DNA of 64,000 bases from Acidimicrobiaceae bacterium (GTDB lineage Bacteria > Actinomycetota > Acidimicrobiia > Acidimicrobiales > Aldehydirespiratoraceae). The position numbers and the translations under genes are program-made. The notes beneath the pieces were generated by a model. That model was not told the DNA's origin. It was given only the letters and a program-made list of their open reading frames with translations, and ran no database searches. Below, piece by piece: positions 56,348 to 64,000 of the stretch (position 1 is its first letter; every line of letters begins with the position of its first letter). The stretch covers positions 59,137-123,136 of the forward strand of contig VYCW01000102.1 in assembly GCA_009843735.1 (NCBI GenBank), written 5' to 3'.

Positions 56348-57181
56348 GTGATGATCGCGGTCGCCACCACTGAGGACCAACTGGCCGGGGTGTGCGAGCG
56401 GCTCCGGGCTCTCGGCGCCAGCGTGATCGAGGTATCCGCACCGGGCGACACCCGCCGGGTGGTGCTGGCCCGCATGCCGGACGAGCGAATCGTTGCCGGC
56501 CTGGTTGCGTCGCTCCGCGCCGATGGAGTGATGGCCGTCTCGAGGCCAGACGGGGGCGTCGCGCTCAAGAAGTGGCTGCGAGACACCCGCCCGATCACGT
56601 TCGACGGGCGGATCACCGTGTGCCGGGCGTGGTCGGAGCACGATCGCCGGTGTCTTGCGGGCCTGGTCGAGCTCGGTCCGGGCGGCTTCGGGGACGGCCG
56701 CCATCTCACGACGGCCCAGATCATCGAGGAACTCGTCGATCGGATCGCCGGCGGGGAGCGCGTCCTCGACGTGGGCTGCGGGAGCGGCGTCCTGGGCCTT
56801 TGCGCCCTCCGGCTCGGCGCGGCGGAGGTGGTGGCCGTTGACGTCGACCCCGACGCCGTCGAGGCGGCCCGGCGCAATGCCGGGATCAACGGCATGGGCG
56901 CTCGCATGGAGGCAAGGCTGGCCCCCTTGAGCGGGATCGAAGGCAGCTTCGACGTGGTGGTGGCCAACATCGCTCGGGCGGGGATCGTCGAACTCGCCTC
57001 GGAGCTTGTGGCCCGCGTGTCGCCGGCCGGATGGCTAGCCGTCGGGGGAATCTCGCCGTCGCAGTGCTCGCAGGTCGCGGGATTCCTGCGCCCCCTCACC
57101 GAAGTCGGACGCCGAACCTCCGGCGACTGGGCAACCCTCGTACTCGCCGGAGGCGGTTTCCGCTCGATACACCCCGAGTGA
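56348..57181 (+). CDS. prmA: Ribosomal protein L11 methyltransferase-like SAM-dependent methyltransferase
   Basis: Start is GTG 56348 or ATG 56351. GFGDGRHLTT, VLDVGCGSGVLG, AVDVDPDAV and VVANI motifs in the PrmA order. Confidence 0.7.
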   Translation: MMIAVATTEDQLAGVCERLRALGASVIEVSAPGDTRRVVLARMPDERIVAGLVASLRADGVMAVSRPDGGVALKKWLRDTRPITFDGRITVCRAWSEHDRRCLAGLVELGPGGFGDGRHLTTAQIIEELVDRIAGGERVLDVGCGSGVLGLCALRLGAAEVVAVDVDPDAVEAARRNAGINGMGARMEARLAPLSGIEGSFDVVVANIARAGIVELASELVARVSPAGWLAVGGISPSQCSQVAGFLRPLTEVGRRTSGDWATLVLAGGGFRSIHPE

Positions 57182-57245
57182 CGAGCCCTCCCTCAGGCGG
57201 GCGGCCCAGTGAAGGGGTGGTGAGCGCTGGCGGTGTGCCACGATT

Positions 57246-58586
57246 GTGGGCATGGGCGACGCCGCCCCGCCGGGCGAGACTGAGATTCTCGGCACCGCGG
57301 TCACTACCTCTCCGCTTGCCGCCGATGCCCCGGTGAAGATCCTCGTCGAACGCTACATTTCGGCCGAGTTCGCCGAGATGGAGCACGCCCGGCTGTGGCC
57401 CAGGGTGTGGCATGTGGCCTGCACGGTGGATCACGTCCCCAATCCGGGCGACTGGTTCGAGCACCGCCTGGGCCGCTACTCGGTCCTCATCGTGCGGGGC
57501 GACGACGGAGAGTTGCGGGGGTTCCAGAACGTCTGCCGCCACCGAGGCAACACCATCTGCGTGGGCTCGGGCACCGGCGCCAGCGAGCTGCGCTGCCCCT
57601 ACCACCGCTGGGCGTGGGACCTCTCCGGCCGGCTGCGCGAAGTGCCGTCGCGGCGGGGTTTCGGCGTGCTGCGCAACGACGAGCTGTCGCTGGTACCGGT
57701 GCGGGTGGACACCTGGGCCCGGCTGGTGTTCGCGAATCTGGACGTCGAAGCCGAGCCGCTCGACGAATGGCTGGAAGGGGTCCCTGGCGACATCGCCTGG
57801 GCCAACCTCGAGGAGTTCCGGGGCGCCTACTCCACCGTGACACCGGTGAACTGCAACTGGAAGGTGGTCAACGACGGGTTCTCGGAGACCTACCACGTGC
57901 AGGGACTGCACCGGGAGATGCTGGCCAGCATCGACGACGTCAACGCTCCGCAGCGGATCTGGGACCGCCACAGCGCGTCCTACCAGGACTACGGCGTACC
58001 CAGCCCCCGATTGGGCCGCGAGGTGGACGACCAGGACGTGTGGGACGCGTTCGTGATCACCCAGGGCGGCCGCATGGGTCCGGCCTACAAGGAGCCGTGC
58101 CCAGCCCCCGACGTGCCCGACGGCCAGACCCTCCGCGACGTGATCGCCCAGAAGATCCGCGACCACCAGGCGACGCTGGGCGTGGACCTGTCGGGCTACG
58201 ACACCGCCCAGATCACGAGCCTCAGCCAGTACAACCTGTTCCCCAACACCACGGTTCTGGTCAGCGCCGACCTGTTCACAGTGATGACGGCCCGGCCCGG
58301 TCCGAGCCCCGACGAGGCCGAACTGGCGATAATCCAGCTGGACCGAGCGCCGTCAGCCCGCGCGCCGGCCTCGTCGCCGGTCCACATCACCGTGCCGATG
58401 GATCAGGCCGACTTCGGGTTCGTCCTCAACCAGGACCTGAGCGTGATCCGCACCATGCAGACCGGCCTGCACCAGCCCGGCATCACCCACCTGACGCTGT
58501 CGAGCGAGGAGTGTCGCATCATCAACATGAACCGCCACCTTGAGCACTACCTGGGCCTCGATGCCGGCGGTGCCGGCCCGGCATGA
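57246..58586 (+). CDS. Rieske [2Fe-2S] non-haem iron oxygenase, alpha-subunit type
   Basis: CRH-x17-CPYH Rieske motif and ETYHVQGLH iron motif. The start is uncertain (ATG 57246 or GTG 57333), because GC3 is lower over the first 30 codons. Confidence 0.85.
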   Translation: MGMGDAAPPGETEILGTAVTTSPLAADAPVKILVERYISAEFAEMEHARLWPRVWHVACTVDHVPNPGDWFEHRLGRYSVLIVRGDDGELRGFQNVCRHRGNTICVGSGTGASELRCPYHRWAWDLSGRLREVPSRRGFGVLRNDELSLVPVRVDTWARLVFANLDVEAEPLDEWLEGVPGDIAWANLEEFRGAYSTVTPVNCNWKVVNDGFSETYHVQGLHREMLASIDDVNAPQRIWDRHSASYQDYGVPSPRLGREVDDQDVWDAFVITQGGRMGPAYKEPCPAPDVPDGQTLRDVIAQKIRDHQATLGVDLSGYDTAQITSLSQYNLFPNTTVLVSADLFTVMTARPGPSPDEAELAIIQLDRAPSARAPASSPVHITVPMDQADFGFVLNQDLSVIRTMQTGLHQPGITHLTLSSEECRIINMNRHLEHYLGLDAGGAGPA

Positions 58587-59446
58587 CAGCCGACCCGACC
58601 GATCCCGCCGGCGTCCCGGAGATCGACGACTGGAACCGCCTGCTCGACGGCCGGGTCGCGGTGGTCACCGGAGGCGGAGCTGGCATCGGTGCCGCCGTCA
58701 GTGAGTTGTTCGCCGAGCACGGGGCCATCGTCGAGATCGCCGAGATCGACCCCAACCGGGCCGCCGAGATCGTCGGCTCCATCACCGCCGCCGGTGGGCG
58801 GGCCCGGGCCCATGTCGTGGACGTGCGCACCGAGGTTGGTGTCGACGAGCTCGCGGCCGCGGTGCTCGACACCCACGGCGGCGTCGACGTCCTGGTCAAC
58901 AATGTCGGCGACTACCGGCCGCTGGTCCGGTTCCACGAGTCCGACCCGGAGTCGTGGGAGGCCATGCACCGGGTCAACTTCTGGCACGTGGTCGCGGTCA
59001 CCCGGGCCTTCCTGGACTCGATGATCGGGCGGGGCGGGGGATCGATCGTGAACGTCCACTCGGTCGAGGGCATGCGGGGCTTCCCCGGAGAGCCGGTGTA
59101 CGCCGCCATGAAGGCCGCGGTCGCCCACTTCACCACGTCGCTGGCGGCCGGCTACGGCCGCCGCGGCATCCGGGCCAACGGGATCGGCGCCGACCTGACC
59201 CAGACCCCCCAGGTCGACTACATCCGCGGGTACGAGGACCGCGAGGCGCTGTGGGAGGCATGGGCGCCCACCGGCCGCCTCGGATGGCCGGCCGACCAGG
59301 CCCGGGTGGCGCTGTTCCTGGCCTCTGACCTGTCCAGCTTCGTCACCGGCCACAACATCCCCGTCGACGGCGGCACGAAGGCCGGCGGCGGCTGGTTCTA
59401 CAGCCCCACCGCCGGCCGCTTCGTCAACCGCCCCACCACACTCTGA
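58583..59446 (+). CDS. SDR family oxidoreductase
   Basis: The ATG at 58583 overlaps the Rieske TGA (ATGA). VTGGGAGIGAA, NNVG and YAAMK motifs. Confidence 0.85.
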   Translation: MTADPTDPAGVPEIDDWNRLLDGRVAVVTGGGAGIGAAVSELFAEHGAIVEIAEIDPNRAAEIVGSITAAGGRARAHVVDVRTEVGVDELAAAVLDTHGGVDVLVNNVGDYRPLVRFHESDPESWEAMHRVNFWHVVAVTRAFLDSMIGRGGGSIVNVHSVEGMRGFPGEPVYAAMKAAVAHFTTSLAAGYGRRGIRANGIGADLTQTPQVDYIRGYEDREALWEAWAPTGRLGWPADQARVALFLASDLSSFVTGHNIPVDGGTKAGGGWFYSPTAGRFVNRPTTL

Positions 59447-59493
59447 CCGCGCTCGGGCCGCGCGCCGGCGGCCCGGTCCGGACTAGCGCGCGC

Positions 59494-60540
59494 TCAGGTG
59501 AAGGCGGGCATTACCTCGTCGTGGATTAGCTGGAGCTGGCCCTGGACGTCGGGGACCTCGATGTCGCGGCCGGTGAAGGCGTTGAGCAGGAACGAGTCGG
59601 TGATGCAGGCGATGAAGTGGTTCACGCCGCTGGGCTCGATGTCGGACTTGATCTTCTCGACCACCTCTTCGGGGGTGCCGGCCACCGAGAGCTTCTCGGC
59701 GATGTCGACGGTCATGTTGTCGATGGCGCCCTGCACGTCGCCGTCGCCGAAGGCGTCGAGGATGGGCTGCACGTCGGACTGCGACACGCCGTGGCGCTCC
59801 ATCTGCTCAACCGCCATGGCCGGGATGTAGAACGCCCCGATGGTCTGGGCCGCCTGCTTGGCTTTGGCCGAGTCGGGCCCGATGGCGAACACGTTCCACA
59901 CCGCGATGTCGAGGTCCTGCACATTCTTGCCGGCCCGCTCGGCGCCGATCCGCAGGTTGTCCACCATGTAGTCGCAGGCCTCCCGGGAGTACTGGGCGAA
60001 GGCGTGGGTGCCGTCGGACAGCTCGCCGGCGGCCTGGAACGACTTCGGGCCCCGCAACGCGCCGATCAGCAGCGGAAGGTGCTCCTGCACCGGGCGGGCG
60101 AACGTGAACAGGCCGGCGTAGTTGAAGAACTCGCCCTCGAAGGTCAGGGCGCCCTCGTCGAGGAAGGTGCGCATCACCTGGTGGGCCTCCTTCACCCTCG
60201 ACAGCGGCTTGATGCCGGTCCAGTCGGTGGCGTACTGGGCGAGCAGGCTGAAGTTCCCGCTGGAGATCACGCACTCGGCCCGGCCGCCGGTCAGCTCATC
60301 GAGCGTGGCCACCGCCTGGGCGACCAGGGTCGGCTCCCGCAGCGCGATCGGGGCCAGGCTGGGGCCCATGCGGATCTGGCTGGTCTGCGACGCCGCCGCC
60401 GCGAACAGCACGTACAGGTCCTTGTGCCAGGTCTCGTCGGCCGCGTAGCACCCGTAGAAGCCGAGCTCGTCGGCGGTGCGGATGTGCTCCAGGGACTCCG
60501 ACAGCGGGTAGTCGGGCAGGGTTACGAAGCTGAACCTCAT
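59494..60540 (-). CDS. LLM-class flavin/F420-dependent oxidoreductase (Mer-like)
   Basis: Luciferase-like pattern (LGFYGCYAADE ..., 348 aa). GC is slightly lower than in neighbouring genes. Confidence 0.75.
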   Translation of the reverse strand: MRFSFVTLPDYPLSESLEHIRTADELGFYGCYAADETWHKDLYVLFAAAASQTSQIRMGPSLAPIALREPTLVAQAVATLDELTGGRAECVISSGNFSLLAQYATDWTGIKPLSRVKEAHQVMRTFLDEGALTFEGEFFNYAGLFTFARPVQEHLPLLIGALRGPKSFQAAGELSDGTHAFAQYSREACDYMVDNLRIGAERAGKNVQDLDIAVWNVFAIGPDSAKAKQAAQTIGAFYIPAMAVEQMERHGVSQSDVQPILDAFGDGDVQGAIDNMTVDIAEKLSVAGTPEEVVEKIKSDIEPSGVNHFIACITDSFLLNAFTGRDIEVPDVQGQLQLIHDEVMPAFT

Positions 60541-60657
60541 CTCTCCTCCTTGGCGAACCGATGGGGAGCCGCGAACCTAGACCACAATGGGCGGGCCGTC
60601 GATATGGGCGGTCCGGGCTGAACGGCCCAGCGCATAGCGAGGAAGGGGCATGCCGCC

Positions 60658-62004
60658 ATGATGAGCCCGGAGTCTCTGGCCGCCGCCGACGGCAACATCG
60701 TGCGCTGGTTCGAGCAGGACTTCGGCGGCACGGTCGTCGAGCTGGCCCGCCAGCCCCGCTGGCGGCCGGTGTGGTTCGCGACCGTCGACCGGGACGGCAC
60801 CCGCCACGAGCTGGTGGTGCGGGGCGACCGCACCGACATGCCGCTGATCTTCCCGCTCGACCACGAGATGACCTTCCAGCGGCTGTTGGGAGAGAACGGC
60901 ATCCCGGTGGCCACCGTGCGGGGCTGGATCGACGAGCCCATGGCCTTCGTGATCGACCGGGTCGGCGGCCAGGAGCACTTCGGCGACACCGGCGACGCCG
61001 AGCGGGCCGCGGCCGTCGACGACTACCTCGCCATCCTGGCTCGGCTCCACGCCCTGCCGGTCGAGCCGTTCGCGGCGGCCGGGATCCGGCGGGCCGCCGA
61101 CCCCTCGGAGGCGGGGCTGGTGGGGCTGCGCCGCTACGAGGAGCACTACCGCTCCCTGAAGAGCCACCCGGACCCGTTCCTGGAGTTCTGCCTGGGTTGG
61201 CTGCGCCGCAACCCGATCGACACCGCCGGCCGGGAGGCGCCGGTGGTGTGGGACTCGGGCCAGTTCCACCACGCTGGCGGCCGGATCGTGGCCGTGCTCG
61301 ACCTGGAGCTGGGCCATCTGGGCGACCCCATGATGGACCTGGCCGCCTGGCGCATGCGCGACACCATCGTCGGCTACGGCGACATGCGCCGGCTCTACGC
61401 CCGCTACGAGGAGCTCTCGGGCGCCCCCGTCGACCTCGACGCCATTCGCTGGCACCACCTGGCGTTCACGCTGTCGAACCAGCTGGCCTACAGCCACGCG
61501 CTGCGCGACCCCACGCCGGCATCGGACCTGATGACCAACCTCCAGTGGTGCTGCGAGACCAACCTGTTCGCCACCGAGGCCTGGGCCGAGCACCTCGGCA
61601 TCGACCTGCCCGCCGTGGAGACACCCGAGCCCCGCTTCTCCACCGCCGACATCGGCCACTCCCACCTGGTGCGGGCGCTGCGGTCGATCTCGACCGACGA
61701 CGAGTTCCTCCGCCACGAACTGCGCATCCTGTTCCGGCTAGCCCGCCACCTCCAGCGTCGCGACGAGATCGGCGTCGCCGTCGACCAGGCCGACCTCGAC
61801 GACCTGGAGCGCCTGCTGGGGGCCCGCCCCCACGACTGGCGCGACGGCGAGGCCAAGCTGGAGGCGTTCGTGCTGGCCGACACCGCCGGCCGCCACGACG
61901 CCGAGCTCGTGCGCCTGTTCCACAAGCGCAACCTGCGGGCCCACATGCTGCTGGGCCCGGCCGGCTCGGCCATGACCCACCACCACACCATCCAGCCGTT
62001 CTGA
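60658..62004 (+). CDS. Phosphotransferase (APH/choline-kinase-like) family protein
   Basis: Kinase-like catalytic/Mg loop region VVWDSGQFHH ... VLDLELGHLGDPMMDLA. Confidence 0.75.
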   Translation: MMSPESLAAADGNIVRWFEQDFGGTVVELARQPRWRPVWFATVDRDGTRHELVVRGDRTDMPLIFPLDHEMTFQRLLGENGIPVATVRGWIDEPMAFVIDRVGGQEHFGDTGDAERAAAVDDYLAILARLHALPVEPFAAAGIRRAADPSEAGLVGLRRYEEHYRSLKSHPDPFLEFCLGWLRRNPIDTAGREAPVVWDSGQFHHAGGRIVAVLDLELGHLGDPMMDLAAWRMRDTIVGYGDMRRLYARYEELSGAPVDLDAIRWHHLAFTLSNQLAYSHALRDPTPASDLMTNLQWCCETNLFATEAWAEHLGIDLPAVETPEPRFSTADIGHSHLVRALRSISTDDEFLRHELRILFRLARHLQRRDEIGVAVDQADLDDLERLLGARPHDWRDGEAKLEAFVLADTAGRHDAELVRLFHKRNLRAHMLLGPAGSAMTHHHTIQPF

Positions 62005-62029
62005 CCGGCAGCCGGCCGGCCGGCGGGCG

Positions 62030-62914
62030 CTACGCCCGGTTGAGGTGGTGGCGGACGGCGGCGGCCAGCTCGTCGGGGTGCGAGGTGGGGGCGCCGTGGC
62101 CGGCACCCTCGATGGTGGCGCCGGAGGCCCCCGGCACGAGCCTGAGCATCTCGGCGGTGGCGGCCGTGAATGCGGGCAGCGTCCGGCTGCCCACCGAGAA
62201 CGTGACCGGCCCGTCGAAGGCGTTGAGGGCGGTCACGTCCAGCGCCAGCCGCTCGGGGTCCCGTGACTGGTCCAGCCAGGTGTCGGAGTTGGCCATCATG
62301 ATGGCCCGGGCCTGGTCGTCGAATAGCTCGCTCCAGCTGCCGGCACCGAAGGCCATCTCCTCCACGAAGTAGGCGGTGCCCTCCTCGACACGGCCGGCGT
62401 CCAGCAGAGCCACCGATTTCCGCGCTACGGCCCCGGTCTGCGCCTTCATCTCCTCCAGTTCGGGGCGGCCGGTGAGAAGGGCGAACGCCGGCGGTTCGTG
62501 CAGGTACAGCGAGGCGACCAGTTCTGGGTGCTCGGCAGCCAGCAGGACCGCCGTTGCGGCCCCGTAGGAATGCCCCACGACGTGCACCCGGCCCAGCCCG
62601 AGCCGCTCGATCAGCCGGGCCGCGTCGTCGGCGTCCTGGCGGATGGTTCCCTGGCCGGCGACGTCGGTGCTGGCGCTGTGGCCCCTGCGGTCGTACACCA
62701 CCATGGTGTGACCGGTCCCGGCCAGGGCCCGGGTCAACGGCAGCCAGGTGTGGTGATCGTCGAGGGAGCCGTGAATGAACAGCAGCACCCGGTCATCGCC
62801 GTGCAGCACCCGGGTGGCCAGCGCGACCTCGCCGATGTCGACCCGGGTGAGCGGGCTCCAGCCTGTGGCGGCCATCGAGGCCGTCGGAGTAGGAGTGTGT
62901 TCAGACGATGTCAT
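62030..62914 (-). CDS. Alpha/beta hydrolase
   Basis: LLFIHGS oxyanion region and the nucleophile elbow GHSYG. Confidence 0.8.
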   Translation of the reverse strand: MTSSEHTPTPTASMAATGWSPLTRVDIGEVALATRVLHGDDRVLLFIHGSLDDHHTWLPLTRALAGTGHTMVVYDRRGHSASTDVAGQGTIRQDADDAARLIERLGLGRVHVVGHSYGAATAVLLAAEHPELVASLYLHEPPAFALLTGRPELEEMKAQTGAVARKSVALLDAGRVEEGTAYFVEEMAFGAGSWSELFDDQARAIMMANSDTWLDQSRDPERLALDVTALNAFDGPVTFSVGSRTLPAFTAATAEMLRLVPGASGATIEGAGHGAPTSHPDELAAAVRHHLNRA

Positions 62915-63090
62915 GGGCGTGAAACGGTGACGGGGTTGCGGCCGGAGACCCTAACCCCCAGTCCCGCGGGTCATCGAGGTCAGCCTGCGAGGATCGTCGC
63001 CGTCAGATGTCGCGTGCCTCGAGGGGAGAGATTCCCCGGTGATGCGAGGGCGTGCCGTACGATCCGGGCACGCAATCTGCGCGCTCGCCC

Positions 63091-64000
63091 GTGCTGGTGG
63101 TGTCGATCGACGGATTGGCCCCGCGCCACATCACCCGCGCCGCCATGCCCGCCCTCACCATCCTCGCCCTCGAGGGGGCGTCGTGCTTCACGGCCCGGAC
63201 GGTGGCACCGCCATGGACAGTGCCGGCCCACACGTCGATGCTGCGGGGCGTCGACCCAGCCACCCACGGACTGAGCGACAACACGCCAGCGCCGCTGCGC
63301 ACCGGCGCGCCCTCGTTCCTGAAGGCAGCCCGCCAGGCTGATCGCTCCACAGCCATGTTCGTCAGCTGGCTGCCGCTCGACGCCGTGATCGAGCGGGACG
63401 CGGCCAGCGAGCGGTTCGTGATCGACAGCGGCTACGACCCCGACGACGACCGCCGGATGGTCGACGCCGCGGTGGCGTCTGCCCGCGAGGCCGGCGGGTG
63501 CAGCGACCTCATGTTCGTGTACCTCGTGGCGCCCGACCTCGCAGGCCACGGCCACGGCTTCGACAGCGTCGAGTACCGGGCTGCGGCGGTCCGGTCCGAC
63601 ACCCATCTGGCCCGGCTGCTCGACGCGGTGGGGGACAGGGCATCAGTGCTGGTCACCACCGACCACGGGGGCCTCGGCACCGACCACGCCGACCAGGTCC
63701 CCGACGTGATGGAGACGTTCGTGGTGGTGCGGGCTCCGGGGCGGGTCGCGGCCGGGTCGGGCTGGGCGGCGGCCTCGCTGCTCGACGTGGCCCCGACCGT
63801 TGCCGACCTGTGCGGGATCGACCCCGATCCCAGCTGGGAGGGGTCGTCGCTGCTGGGCCGGGAGCTCCCGCTGGTCGACGTGGTTATGGACCTGCTGGCC
63901 GCGGGAGCCGGAGTGTCGTACCGGGAGCAGGTGACGATGCTGGACCACGCCCTCCAGTCCGCCGCTCTGGCCGCGGCCGACGACGCCGGCGACGAGATAG
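63091..64000 (+). CDS. Alkaline-phosphatase-superfamily (NPP-type) protein continuing into a PhnZ-like HD domain; 3' end outside the window
   Basis: This ORF is absent from the track because it has no stop in the window. I translated it by hand: the frame is open from 63043 to 64000. Start is GTG 63091 (alternative 63052). VLVVSIDGL, WTVPAHTSM (Thr nucleophile context), DLAGHGHG and TTDHGG are NPP motifs. From about 63920, YREQVTMLDHALQSAALAA matches the N-terminus of phosphonate-associated HD proteins. Confidence 0.7.
   Translation, partial: MLVVSIDGLAPRHITRAAMPALTILALEGASCFTARTVAPPWTVPAHTSMLRGVDPATHGLSDNTPAPLRTGAPSFLKAARQADRSTAMFVSWLPLDAVIERDAASERFVIDSGYDPDDDRRMVDAAVASAREAGGCSDLMFVYLVAPDLAGHGHGFDSVEYRAAAVRSDTHLARLLDAVGDRASVLVTTDHGGLGTDHADQVPDVMETFVVVRAPGRVAAGSGWAAASLLDVAPTVADLCGIDPDPSWEGSSLLGRELPLVDVVMDLLAAGAGVSYREQVTMLDHALQSAALAAADDAGDEI

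Noticed and set aside
62915-63090. Looked for actinobacterial PHO-box-like direct repeats (GTTCACC type) upstream of the AP-HD fusion gene.
   Set aside because: None is present. Only short inverted repeats were seen (GGGGA/TCCCC at about 63023-63037 and CGTGCC/GGCACG at 63051-63072), which are too weak to call.

Overview
High-GC (about 70% by eye) actinobacterial-type chromosomal segment that is almost entirely coding. I call 55 CDS and found no rRNA, tRNA, CRISPR array, transposase or integrase. Many track ORFs are stop-poor shadow frames or 5' over-extensions, so I re-set starts using motif position, third-codon-position GC and stop/start overlaps.

Content by region:
- 42-8579: an envelope-glycan block containing a DPM1-like GT2, a UDP-GlcNAc 2-epimerase, a flippase-like protein, a CsaB-like pyruvyl transferase and two GT-C type membrane transferases. 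It is co-directional with, and tightly coupled to, an acyl-CoA carboxylase alpha subunit. birA lies divergent to it.
- 9483-22519: an LCP ligase, ugd, three GT4 genes, a His-cluster membrane-anchored protein, manC, galE, then convergent rmd-gmd-cofD-cofE.
- 22591-35774: an isochorismatase-fold protein, a 1038-aa GT2-polytopic fusion coupled to a four-repeat secreted partner, an unknown polytopic protein coupled to ftsH, then CPBP protease, a 912-aa membrane protein and a second polyprenol-P GT2.
- 35789-51786: a conserved actinobacterial backbone (pmm, trm112, SIS, manA, ahcY, comF, hpf, secA, prfB, ftsEX), interrupted by an F420/SDR/epimerase redox insert.
- 51898-64000: ald/lrp, an acyl-CoA dehydrogenase/ADH/cupin operon, prmA, a Rieske oxygenase plus SDR, an LLM oxidoreductase, a kinase-like phosphotransferase, an alpha/beta hydrolase, and a 3'-truncated alkaline-phosphatase-superfamily protein that runs into a PhnZ-like HD domain.

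The best candidates for undescribed biology are the translationally coupled membrane glycan-assembly modules at 23316-27904 and 31595-35774, the CsaB/epimerase wall-polymer module, the His-cluster protein, and the AP-HD fusion. All functional calls rest on motif recognition by eye. No database search was run.
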